From: Phyllobates terribilis
Lineage: Eukaryota
Length of the DNA stretch: 64,000 bases
Assembly: GCF_046119375.1 (NCBI RefSeq)
Contig: NW_027362764.1
Location: 705,188,001-705,252,000 of the forward strand
Direction: 5' to 3'
How positions within the stretch are numbered: position 1 is the stretch's first letter; each line of letters starts with the position of its first letter. The translations under genes and the position numbers were made by a program. This document shows, piece by piece, positions 49,420 to 60,954 of the stretch. The notes below the pieces were generated by a model. That model ran no database searches and was not told the DNA's origin. It saw only the letters and a program-made list of their open reading frames with translations.

Positions 49420-51257
49420 GCAGGGGCGTCCCATGGACAATACCGTCACCCCAGATTCTGACGACAGATGCAAGCCCCAGGGGGTGGGGGGCTCATCTAG
49501 ACGACCGAGTGGCTCAGGGAGTCTGGGCAAAGGGGGTGGAAGGTTCTTCCTCCAACATGAAAGAACTTCTGGCGGTGAAGTATGGCCTCTTGGAATTTCT
49601 AAACGTGTTAAAGGGTTACCACATGAGAGTGTTCTCGGACAACCGAGTAGTGGTGGCATATCTAAATCACCAGGGGGGTACCCGGTCCATCTCCCTTCTT
49701 CAGGCGTCAAGCTCCATCCTCCACGTAGCAGAGAGGAATCTAGAGTCCTTATCAGCTCTGCACATAAAAGGGTCAATGAACGTCACGGCGGACTTCCTAA
49801 GCCGTACCCAGTTGAGACAGGGCGAATGGGAGTTGAACCAGCTAGTGTTCAAAAAAAATCACGAGGGCTTGGGGAATCCCATGTATAGACCTATTCGCCA
49901 ACTGAAAAAACAAAAAGGTGGACACGTTTTGCTCGATCGACCCCAGGGGGAACCCAGTAGCACTAGACGCTTTTTTGATTCCATGGGGCCACCAGCTAGT
50001 ATATGCCTTTCCTCCGATTGCTCTCATTCCGGCAGTTCTGAGGAAGATCAGGGAAGACGAGGCGAATGCGATCCTGATCGCCCCTTTCTGGCCAAGAAGG
50101 CCTTGGTTTTCCTGGCTGAGGATCATGTCAGTCTCCGACCCCTGGGTCCTTCCGGAAATTCCGGACCTGCTGTCTCAGGGTCCAGAACTACACCCGCAGG
50201 TAACAAACCTGCACTTGACAGCTTGGAATTTGAGAGGTCACTCTTGAGGGATAAAGGGTTTTCCCCCAATCTAATCTCTACCTTGCTGCAGAGTAGGAAA
50301 CCTGTAACTACTAGGCTCTACGGGAAAACTTGGAAGAAATTCCTTTCCTTTGCAGGTACGGATATAGTAGGGGAGGCCCCCGTGGTTACCATCCTGGAGT
50401 TCCTTCAGAAGGGGTTGGAACTGGGGTTGGCCACGAGCACGCTGAAGGTTCAGGTGGCAGCTCTGGGAGCCCTGTATAACTGCAACCTGGCAAGGGATAG
50501 ATGGGTCTCCAGGTTCATCAGAGCATCTCATAGATCCAGGCCCATCCCCTCCCGGAAGGCTCCTCCGTGGGATTTAAATCTTGTTCTTTCAGCCCTGACC
50601 AGAGGCCCCTTTGAACCTCTAGGGGAAGCGTCCCTTAAAATCTTGTCCCTTAAGACGTCCCTTCTGGTAGCCCTCACCTCGGCTCGCCGCATTAGTGATA
50701 TCCAAGCACTATCCGCAGGACCCCCTTTTACACAAATACTAGACGACAGAGTGACGCTTAGGACCGACCCTGCGTACCTTCCTAAGGTGGGATCCCTTTT
50801 TCACAGGTCACAGGAGGTTACCCTCCCTTCCTTCTGCGCAGCCCCAAAAAACAAGGGGGAAGAGGCCCTTCACACCTTGGACGTCAGGAGGTGCATTATG
50901 CAATATTTAGAGGCCACACGGGAGTGTAGGAAGGACAGGGCTCTTTTTGTGTGCTTCCAGGGATCTCGGAAGGGACAGAAAGCTTCCAAAGGAACCCTGG
51001 CAAGGTGGATAAGGGAAGCCATTTCCCTGGCTTATTCCTCAAGCGGGGAAACAGCGCCGGTGGGCTTAAGGGCGCACTCGACAAGGGCAGTGGCAGCCTC
51101 CTGGGCGGAGAAGGCCGGAGCTTCAATCGAACAGATATGTAGAGCGGCGACCTGGTCTTCTCCCTCCACGTTCTTTAAACACTACCGGCTGGATCTAACA
51201 TCATCTTCAGATCTTACCTTTGGCAGAAGGGTTCTGGAAGCGGTGCTCCCTCCCTAA
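49236..51257 (+). CDS. Open 673-codon chimeric ORF: overlap-frame stub, RNase H, then complete tyrosine recombinase
   Basis: LTTDAS, NMKELLAV, SDN, ADFLSR, then TSARRISD, HSTRA, ATW, KHY in one frame; expression not shown. Confidence 0.5.
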   Translation: MCEITVSRLFHDCLRPKRRLLSCPHSQGLPEIPEGSHTNKGHNQTLPVWGPSLRVRKKENLGRGVPWTIPSPQILTTDASPRGWGAHLDDRVAQGVWAKGVEGSSSNMKELLAVKYGLLEFLNVLKGYHMRVFSDNRVVVAYLNHQGGTRSISLLQASSSILHVAERNLESLSALHIKGSMNVTADFLSRTQLRQGEWELNQLVFKKNHEGLGNPMYRPIRQLKKQKGGHVLLDRPQGEPSSTRRFFDSMGPPASICLSSDCSHSGSSEEDQGRRGECDPDRPFLAKKALVFLAEDHVSLRPLGPSGNSGPAVSGSRTTPAGNKPALDSLEFERSLLRDKGFSPNLISTLLQSRKPVTTRLYGKTWKKFLSFAGTDIVGEAPVVTILEFLQKGLELGLATSTLKVQVAALGALYNCNLARDRWVSRFIRASHRSRPIPSRKAPPWDLNLVLSALTRGPFEPLGEASLKILSLKTSLLVALTSARRISDIQALSAGPPFTQILDDRVTLRTDPAYLPKVGSLFHRSQEVTLPSFCAAPKNKGEEALHTLDVRRCIMQYLEATRECRKDRALFVCFQGSRKGQKASKGTLARWIREAISLAYSSSGETAPVGLRAHSTRAVAASWAEKAGASIEQICRAATWSSPSTFFKHYRLDLTSSSDLTFGRRVLEAVLPP

Positions 51258-51820
51258 TCTTCACTGCTCTGCAATCTCTCCGTGGTGCCGTCATGGGGAA
51301 AGAGAAAGAGTAGTTACTTACCGGTAACGAAATTTCTCGGAACCCATGACGGCACCCGTACATTCCCTCCCCTTTTTTCTTACACATGGGTGTGCACAAT
51401 CGTTACTACCTGTTGTTTAGTCACAGGGTGTGTCTAAAAAAAAAAATATATATATACATATATAGTATATATAATAAAAATGCCATATTTGGTGTTACTA
51501 ACCTGGCGGTCCTCTCGGTGCTCTGTAAACCAACTGATGCGGGAGAGAGGTGCTGCCCTTTTTATCTGTAGGTTTCCTGTCCTTGAAGGGCGGATCCCCT
51601 CTCTCCGTGGTGCCGTCATGGGTTCCGAGAAATTTCGTTACCGGTAAGTAACTACTCTTTTATAGTTCTTTTCTTGTGCAGTCGCAGCATTAGTGAGCTT
51701 ATGTGTGAAGAGGAACCCTTTTGCCCACTCAAGAGGGGACAAACTAACCTCCAAATCCCACTCCCATGCTCGCTGAAATGGCAGTTTGTCCGTTCCCTCC
51801 TCTCTACCCAATCCCTCATA

Positions 51821-53386
51821 CAGTGGGTACGGAAAGTATTCAGACCCCTTTAAATTTTTCACTCATTTGGTAAATTCTAAAAAGTTAATTTTTTTTTCTC
51901 ATTAAAGTACACTCTGCACCCAATCTTGACTGAAAAAAGCCAGAAATGTAGAAATTGTTGCAAATTTATTAAAGAAAAACTGACATACGTGTTCAGACCC
52001 TTTGCTCAGACACTCATATTTAAGTCACATGCTGTTCATTTCCTTGTGATCCTCCTTGAGATGGTTCTACTCCTTCATTGGAGTCCAGTTGTGTTTAATT
52101 AAACTGATAGGACTTGATTTGGAAAGGCACACACCTGTCTATATAAGACCTCACAGCTCACAGTGCATGTCAGACCAAGTGAGAATCATGAGCGCAAAGG
52201 AACTGCCCAAGGAGCTCAGAGACAGAATTGTCGCAAGGCACAGAGCTGGCCAAGGATACATAAGAATTTCTGCATTACTCAAGGTTCCTAAGAGCACAGT
52301 GGCCTCCATAATCCCTAAATGGAAGAAGTTTGGGACCACCAGAAGTCTTCCTAAACCTGGCCGTCCACCCAAACTGAGCAATTGTGGGCAAAGAGCCTCG
52401 GTGAGAGGTAAAGAAGAACCCCAAAATCACTGTGGCTGAGCTCCAGAGATGCAGTAGGGAGATGGGAGAAAGTTCCACAAAGTCAACTATCACTGCAGCC
52501 CTCCACCAGTCGGACGTTTATGGCAGAGTGGCCCGACGGAAGCCCCCATCGTGTGTTTTTGAGCAAACTCTAAGGACTTCTAGACTATGAGAAATAAGAT
52601 TCTCTGGTCTGATGAGACAAAGAACTTTTTGGTGATGATAATTCTAAGCGGTATGTGTGGAGAAAACCAGGCACTGCTCATCACCTGCCCAATACAATCC
52701 CAACAGTGAAACGTGGTGGTGGCAGCATCATGCTATGGGGGTGTTTTTCAGCTGCAGTGACAGGATGACTGGTTGCAATTAAAGGAAACATGAATGTGAC
52801 CAAGTACAGAGATATCCTGGATGAAAACCTCTTCCAGAGAGCTCTGGACCTCACACTTGGCTGAAGGTTCACCTTCCAACAAGACAATGACCCTATGCAC
52901 ACAGCTAAAATTACAAAGGAGTGACTTCAGAACTCTGTGACCATTCTTGACTGGCCCAGCCGGAGCCCTGACCTAAACCCAATTGAGCATCTATGGAGAG
53001 ACCTGAAAATGGCTGTCCACCAACGTTCACCATCCAACCTGACGGAACTGGAGAGGATCTGCAAGGAAGAATGGCAGAGGATCCCCAAATCCAGGAGTGA
53101 AAAACTTGTTGCATCATTCCCAAGAAGACTCATGGCTGTACTAGCTCAAAAGGGGCTTCTCAATACTGAGCAAAGGGTCTGAATACTTATGACCACGTGA
53201 TATTTCAGTTTTTCTTTTTTAATCAATTTGCAAAAATTTATACATTTCTGGGTTTTTTCAGTCAAGATGGGGTGCAGAGTGTACTTTAATGAGAAAAAAA
53301 ATGAACTTTTTAGAATTTACCAAATGGCTGCAATGAAACAAAGAGTGAAACATTTAAAGGGGTCTGAATACTTTCCGTACTCACTG
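51821..53386 (+). mobile_element. Full-length Tc1 transposon (1566 bp); transposase pseudogene from ATG 52188
   Basis: TA|CAGTGGGTACGGAAAGTATTCAGACCCC...GGGGTCTGAATACTTTCCGTACTCACTG|TA; WSDET, QQDND, NPIEHLW; frameshifts and stops. Confidence 0.96.
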
Positions 53387-56300
53387 TATATCATGGAGCT
53401 AGCATGAGCTGGACCACTTTCCTGAAGGAACATGTTTTCAAAGACGGTGTAGTTTGAGAATGAATTTACATTAGGATTGTGTGCTTCTAGAAAGGATCAC
53501 ATTTGCAAATATTCGAACCACTTGATTTTAACATTTGGGGATTTTGTTTGTAAAGATACAAAAGTAGGTATCATGCCATTTTCCAAAATCTGAAACAATT
53601 GGGTGTCCTTCACTGCCCTCCGACCGAGGAAAGATCTGCGCAAATATCCGGGTAGGAAGGAAGGGTTATAGAATATTGATGTGAGTGGGCTAATAGTTCT
53701 ACCTGGAAATATCTTTTTCCTCAGAGAGTGCCATGTTTTGAGTGTTTCCCTTTGGCCAAGGTCACTGAGTCTTCTTGGCACCATGGTAAATGTCGTAAAG
53801 GGACATCTGAGCCCTCCTGTTCCACCCCTACCCATTGTTTAGAGTCTGCATGAAAGTGCCAATCTAAAATCCTCATCAAGGCTGAAGCATGAAAGTACCT
53901 ATAGAAATTCGGAAAGCCCGCTCCTGCTAATGATTTGTGACGAGAGAGAACCTGTATGTTTATACAGGGTTTAATCTTACCCCAAATGAATTTGCTTAAA
54001 GCTGATCTTAGTTTACGAAAGAATCTATGAGTTGGAGAGATCAGAACTGTTTGAAAAATATGTAAAAAACGAGGTAATATATCCATCTTGATGGCATTCG
54101 TTCTTCCAAACCAAGATGGCTTCAGTTTGCCATATTTCAATAAATCTCCATATGTTTTGTGCAATAAAGCTTGATGATTAAGCTCAAATAATTTATTAGG
54201 GTCCGAGGGAATATGAAACCCTAAATATTTCAATGATTCTTTCTGCCATTTAAATGGGAATTTAGTCATAACTTGTGAGATTTCAGTCTGTGGAAGAGAT
54301 TTATTCAAGGCCTCTGTTTTAGAGTAATTGACTTTAAAATTACTAACTGCTCCAAACCTATCAAATTCTTTTAGGATCATTGGGAATGATATTTGTGGTT
54401 GGGATATGTACAGAAGCAAATCATCTGCATACAGAGCTGCTTTATAAGACTTAGATCCCACTTTGTATCCATGAATATCACTATTGTTTCTGAGGGCATT
54501 GGCCAAATGCTCCATTACCACTACATAGAACAATGGGGACAAGGAGCACCAGTGTCTGGTTCCATTGTTAATTGCAAATGGGGCAGAAAGAGAATTGTTT
54601 ACTCTTACCCGTGCTGATAGATTTGGGCCCTTTGTTACCTACGGAAAATAATGGCCTTGTATAAAAACCCATCTGTTTTAAGGCTTCCTCCATAAACCCC
54701 CAGTGAACTCTATCGAAAGCCTTCTCTGCATCTATAGATAGAAGACCTAATGGAGTGGAGCCACTTCTTGCTTTGGAGATAATGAGTAGCGTCTTAATGG
54801 TATTGTCCCTAGCCTCTCATCCATTGATGAAGCCTACCTGATCATTGTTGACTATAGAGAGGAGTAAAGGAGCTAACCTGTCAGCCAGTATTTTTGAAAA
54901 TAGTTTAATATATATATTTAATAAAGAGATTGGTCTAAAATTAGCAATTATTGAGGGGTCTTTTCCTGGTTTGGGAAGTACGCTGATGTGTGCTTCTAGA
55001 GAATGGGGGACAAATCCAGTGTTTCCATCAATTGCATTAAGGGTTTTAGCCATTATTGGAGAGAGTTGCTCTCTAAACTGTTTGTAAAATGCCGGCGTAA
55101 AGCCTTCTGGGCCAGGACATTTAGATGAATGGGAGGCCCGTATCGCAGAGTCAATTTCATTTATGGATATCACCTCTTCCAGAGCTTCCACCATTGAATT
55201 GCTCAACTTGGGTAGAGGTGTTTCTTGGATATATTCTTTAATCTTATTGGATCGGTCTAAGAAGGATATGTCTGCAAATTGATTCTTAATATTATATAAG
55301 TTCTCATAGTAAGACTGAAAAAGATCTACAATTTTTTGGGGATTATGTTCATCCCTGCCCTCTTTCCCCTTAACATTTGGGATAAAAGTAGCCGTCATAC
55401 GTGGGTGGAGCATTCTGACCAATGGTCTCCTGTGTTTATCTGAAAAATTGTAGAAGAAACGTATTGATTTTTCCTTGGATTGCAAATATTTTTTATCTAG
55501 AATTTCTTTTAATTCGTCTCTTTTCTTTGTCAACTCAACAAGAGTGGAGACAGAGAGGTTTTGTTTATGTAAAATTTCAGGGGAGTGAATTTGATTTAAT
55601 AATTCTCATATTTTCCGAGCCCTCTCTTTCCTTAGCCTTGAGCCATGCTTTATCAGGATCCCTCTCATGACTCATTTCAAAGTCTCCCACTGTAAAGGGA
55701 TTGAGGTTTGATCAGAAGCGTGAGTCTGAATGAGCCGATAGACTCCCTTAACTCTGATTCACACAGAACATCTTTAATAAGGTTATCATTTAATCTCCAA
55801 GTCCAGGAGCGTTGGGCCAGGGATGGAAGAGATATTGTCAGAAAAACCGGAGCGTGGTCCGACCACAAAATATCTCTAATTGTGGTCTTGGGTTGCCAAG
55901 ACAAAGCGTGATGGCTCAAAAGAAAGAGGTCTCTGCGACTACTATGAGTTATGTATATGTGAAAAATATGTATAATCCTTACCCTGAGGGTTCATTATCC
56001 GCCATACATCGGTCAGTCGGAGGGCATGGAGGGCCGAGATTTTCTTTTAAATATGTTTATAGCATATAAAATACAGCTGCCGGGCCAAGCACTGTGGTCC
56101 CCGGCAATCTGCCTGGGGGCTGGATAAAAGGTCATTGAGGGCCGTAAACTGCCCACGGGGCTAAGGTTCCCCACCCCGGCTCTAAAATAAAAATAAAAAA
56201 ATCACAAAACTGAATGGGGCCTAACCGTTTGGGACTCGGCTGAATCAGAAAAAAACTGCAGTGTAACAAAATTCCTCCTGCAAAGCCGCAATCCATGTAC

Positions 56301-56459
56301 TTGAAAAATACAGTGTATGTTCACGCTGTCTTACTTCTGGCGCTTTTTGAGCAGCTCCTCTCCTAAAATGTCAGAAAAAGTGTTCAAAAGCATCTTCCTA
56401 TTAATTTCTCTGCAAAACCACTTGCTGTTCATATGCTCAGGTTTTTGAGCATCTTTTAA

Positions 56460-57284
56460 AGGGAACCTGTCATGTAAAATAACGCTATTAACCTGCAGGT
56501 ATTAACAGCGTTCTGACACCGTGCAGCGCCTGCACTGAGAGCCCCGCTGCCGGGAGGAAATGAGCTTAAAGGGGCTGTCTGCTCAAAACCGATAAGTCTG
56601 CAGTCACTTTGTGCAGTGTGTATGCGCCGGAAAGGTCAAAAAGCCCCGGCGCATGCAGAGCAGAGAAGTACGCCTGCGCAGCAGCGCAATGCCGGGGACT
56701 CTGTGTGGACGACGTAGGGGACGTGTCATCCACTCAACGAAGGAGGACCGTATCGCAAGAAGAAGGGAGGTGCCGGACCAGGACGAGCAACGCCCCTCGG
56801 ACTGGACCCATCACTAGTGAGTATAATAAAACTAGTGATGGGTCGTTCGTGAATGATCCGAGACAAACTATGGGAGCCGGCATCCCAGAGAGAGGCACTA
56901 AATTCTAAGAATGGCTCTCACTGGGCGTAAAATTCCAGTGTTCAGAGGATGTAACTCCACCCACCAAAACAAAACTCCGCCCGCTCATCAATTTAATTGG
57001 CTGATTGCAAGTAGGCAGTGTTAACATCACCTTAAATATGTATTCACCTACTGTGAACACTCATTTAATAGGGATCCAGTTAGGATCCAAAGGAGCCGGC
57101 TGTTTTTGGTGAGCGGGGCCAGATCACCAAAAAGAGCCGGACTGCCCAGCACTAATTAAAACGTCTTTTTCTTGTCTTGCAGGCTGGGTTGAGGGCATAT
57201 ACACAGCATTATATAATGCTGTATATCAGGGCTGAAAGGTGGTGGCCTTATCTCATGTGGGACAAACCTGGTGATAGGTCTGCT
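56460..57284. mobile_element. T2/Kolobok MITE with nested MITE(s)
   Basis: TTAA|AGGGAACCTGTCA...GATAGGTCTGCT|TTAA. Confidence 0.65.
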
Positions 57285-57288
57285 TTAA

Positions 57289-57473
57289 GGCCACGTTCAC
57301 ACGTTCAGTATTTGGTCAGTATTTTACCTCTTTATTTCTAAGCCAAAACCAGGAGTGGGTGATAAATACAGGAGCGGTGACGTGTTTCTATTCTACTTTT
57401 CCTCTGATTGTTCCACTCCTGGTTTTGGCTTACAAATACTCTGATACCAAATACTGAACGTGTGAACGTGGCC
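57289..57473. mobile_element. Short palindromic Harbinger-like MITE
   Basis: GGCCACGTTCACACGTTCAGTATTTGG inverted termini; TAA/TTA flanks. Confidence 0.85.
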
Positions 57474-58131
57474 TTATTCGCCCTGGCAGCGTTTGTTATT
57501 CAGTCACAGGTGTGGCGTCGGTGTGGGTCCAGTCACCGTTCTGTGTATAGAGAGCGTTGGCTGTAACTCCACCCCGGCACTGACTGACAGCAGCTCCGCA
57601 TTAGTGACGGCTGTCAGTCAGTGTCGGAGTCTACGATAGTAATGGGGGGCAAAAAAAAAACAAATCGCCCGGGAGGCGTCTTGACGTCCGTTTGAGCCCC
57701 CCCCCCCCTCAAAAACCGCTTCTTCTTTATTGCTTAATGGATTTTAAAAACGGCAATAAAAAAATGCCCAAAAACGCAAAAAATCCCACTCAGGATGACA
57801 ACACGCCAGCTCAAAGCAGCGAGCGCTGCGGCGTCTTCTCAAACAGTTTTGACCATTGCATTTTCTTTGTGGTCCCTGGATTAAAACAAAAGTCGTTTTG
57901 GGGTTTGTTTGTTTGTTTTGCTGCATTTTTTCATGTTAAAATTCCTATTATTCTTAGGCTTTATACACACACATACGTTTTTATCACGATTTTATGTGCT
58001 TATTCCATGCAGGGAAGATTGCATTTTGAAATCTGCATCAGTTTTTTTTTAAGTACACATTTTTGTATTTCACATGTAAAAACTGTAGTGACCAAAACTG
58101 CATGCAAAGCCGCAGAAAAAAATGACAATTA

Positions 58132-58876
58132 GGCTGAGTGCCCACGTAGCGTTTTTCAAGCGTTTATGCTGCGGAATTTCCGCAGCGGAAACACTTGTTA
58201 AACGCTAGGTAATCCGCACCCCATGGTCCCCAAGGGGATTCCGCATGTTCTATGCACATGCTGCGGATTTTTCCACAGCGTTTATGCTGCATACAAAAAT
58301 CCGCAGCATGTCATTTAATTTTGCGGAAGTGCAGCGGAACTCCCGCCATTGACTTGCATTGAGACGCACAGAAACCGCGACTGTACATTTGTAGAAGCGG
58401 CTTCTATGCGTCTCTATGTGCGGATGGTACCCAGTTCTGGAGGAGAGGAGACTCTCATCCAGACCTGGGTACCATTGTACCTGTAAAAAAAGAATAAAAT
58501 AACAAATAAAGTTTATACTCACCTGTCCGGCGTCTTCTCTCTGAATGCCGGCATCGCTTGAAGACCTGCGGTGACGTCACAGCGCTGCAGCCACGCCGGG
58601 GCCTCGGGGGTGAGTATAGCTTTATTTGTTTTAATTTTTACGGTTCATACTGTAGAAATCCGTGCTGTTTGCATGGATTTATATAGTGTGACCTAGTTGT
58701 CAAGCACTTTCCAAGTGATGCTATCGCCTGGAAAGCGCTTGTCAATCTGCATGTGGATCCGCATGTATTCTGCAGGAAAAACGCATGCACAATCTGCATG
58801 CGTTTTTTTCTGCCAGGGAGATGCAGAAATGCTGCAGAAATTTTCTGCTTCATTTCTGCATCGTGGGCACATAGCC
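58132..58876 (-). mobile_element. PIF/Harbinger-like MITE, family A variant
   Basis: TTA/TAA flanks; reverse-complement similarity to 17216-18066. Confidence 0.75.
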
Positions 58877-59039
58877 TAAAAAAGAAGAAAAACATAGACT
58901 GGAAGCCCGACTTCATGAAATCCTAAAAAACCCTTCTCCTTTCTGGCGGTTCAACTCGCTAGAACTTCGAGTCCCCGGAAGCTGCCTGTGAGACCTCCTG
59001 ACACTAGAGGGCGGTATTCTGAGCAGGCTTCACACGTCG

Positions 59040-59251
59040 TCTTCGTTTTGATCTCCAACAAAATGGCGTCCATCCATTCCCTGCTATGTGTCCTGTCCTG
59101 ACGTTACAACGTAGCTCTTTCCCCCTAGCAACCTGATGTTCTGCTCCGCTATTGGCTAAGACAGAGTGGACGTTGAATCACCATAGTAACGGCAAGCGGC
59201 CGCCAGTTGTGTTTTCGTCGTGTGCACAGGACTGTCCGCGTCTCCGCGCAG
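59040..59251 (+). promoter_or_regulatory. SPAG1: SPAG1 promoter and non-coding exon 1
   Basis: AAAATGGCG 59060; CCCTAGCAAC 59123-59132 and ATCACCATAGTAAC 59177-59190 (X-box-like); ATTGG 59151; donor CAG|GTAAAT at 59252. Confidence 0.65.
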
Positions 59252-59823
59252 GTAAATAGATGGGAGTCCACTGGCGCTGCGATTACTACTGCTGCTGCTG
59301 TTTAGTTTTATGTTGCGATTTAGGAGGCCATAAAAAGTCCTGAAGTTTCTATAGTTCCTCCCTGCTGTGCTTATCATGTGCAGCCACTGGGTGGCGCCAG
59401 ATTCGCAGCTGACAGTGAAGTCTATGGCAGCCGGTTGTGTGCAGGATCCTGCTGCTGGCACAGACTGTCTGCAGATCATGGGCCTCTATAGGGATGTGCT
59501 GGGTGAGAGCTGCCCGACATGGAGGGCTGGAGTTATGCATTTGTTCCCAGTCACAGAGCAGGGGACTGGACATCACACATGATGATGGAGATCTGCAGTT
59601 GTCAGGGGGTGCAGGGAGACTGAGGAGGAGAGCAGGAGATCTGCAGATCACACCGCCTGATCAATCACTTACAGACTGTGCAGCACAACGTTTCCAGTGA
59701 AGACTATTTAGAAAGTTGGTTAAAGGCGTTGTCTCCAGTCCATAAATAGTTAAAATTGCAATTCTTCTCTTATTAAAAATCCCCTCTGCTCTCAAGAACA
59801 AAAGGATTATTAATTCTATAGTG

Positions 59824-59956
59824 CAGCTTTTCCCAACTCATGTTCTCGGGATTTCCATGATATTGCACAGGAGATAATTCCATTACCTGTATAATAAAGA
59901 AATCCTGAAAACGTGATCTGTTCTTGGTCCGCGGGGACTGGAGTTATGAAACACTG
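59824..59956. mobile_element. Degenerate hAT-type MITE related to 9931-10116
   Basis: TSD CTATAGTG/CTATAGCG; shared AGGAAATCCTGAAAAC-type arm. Confidence 0.7.
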
Positions 59957-60419
59957 CTATAGCGTACAGCTGGTTTCCTAGGTTACTGGCCACCCTAATG
60001 TTGCCATAGCTTACAGCTGCTTTCCTAGGTTACTGGCCACCCAGTCGCTGCTATAGCGTACAGCTGGTTTCCTAGGTTACTGGACACCCTGATGCTGTTA
60101 TAGCGTGCAGCTGGTTTCCTAGGTTACGGCCCCCCTGATGCTGCTATAGCGTATAGCTGGTTTCTTAGGTTACAGGCCACCCTAACGCTGCTATAGCGTA
60201 CAGCTGGTTTCCTAGGTTACTGGCCACCCTGATGCTGCTATAGTGTACAGCTGGTTTCCTAGGTTACCGGCCACCCTGACACTGCTATAGTGTACAGCTG
60301 GTTTCCTAGGTTACTGGCCACCCTGACACTGCTATAGTGTACAGCTGGTTTCCTAGGTTACTGGCCACCCTGACACTGCTATAGTCTACAGCTGGTTGCC
60401 TAGGTTACCGGCCACCCTG
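59954..60419. repeat. 47-bp minisatellite, 10 copies
   Basis: Unit CTGCTATAGTGTACAGCTGGTTTCCTAGGTTACTGGCCACCCTGACA. Confidence 0.95.
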
Positions 60420-60954
60420 CAGTCTCAGTAGTTGGACAGTTACCTAGGTAAGGATCACATGAAACCAGGCTCTGTGAAGCTGGATCTAAACAGCCTCAGT
60501 CTCCCAAGCTGCATCAACAAAGCTGTCTCTGTTGGGCGATCAGCGACATGACTGGTCTGAGCTGTCAGTCCCCGGGAGCAAACTTCCGACAGCAAACCAG
60601 GGAGCCGGGAGCGATGTACTCCTGAAGATACAATTTGAGTAAAAACCCCTGTAACTTGCATTTAGGAAACAAGTAAAAGAATGTTAAAAAAGAAAAAGAA
60701 AATGTGCAAAGCTGTACAAAGGCCTTAAAGAGAATATAACATTATATACATTCTCTTAAAGAGAATATAAATAATGTTTTAATTTTTTTAAATAATTTAG
60801 ACTTTTTTTAATGGTATAAAATATGAAAAATCATTAACAGTTTAACACTAGGGGGCGCAGTTGCTGAAATAGCAATGAAAACTGCTCGCTCGCATTACGA
60901 CTGCTGTAAAAGTGTTCTGTTAGTTGGCGCTGCACTGCTCGCTGTATAACACAT

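Larger units (their letters stand above)
46718..51657 (+). mobile_element. DIRS1-type retrotransposon, copy B (different family from A); internal RT deletion
   Basis: ITRs about 46729-46823 and 51528-51621 (2 mismatches by eye); ICR 51275-51356; TTT at both junctions. Confidence 0.96.
45880..56050 (-). mobile_element. 5'-truncated L1-clade LINE (ORF2 and 3' UTR), dead; split by DIRS-B and a Tc1
   Basis: EN (LTDVWR...WSDHAPV), RT (FRPISLLN, DAEKAFDRV, YADD) and C-terminal CWRC..H..WEC; pieces 53387-56050, 51658-51820 and 45880-46717 rejoin in frame; AATAAA near 45901. Confidence 0.92.
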
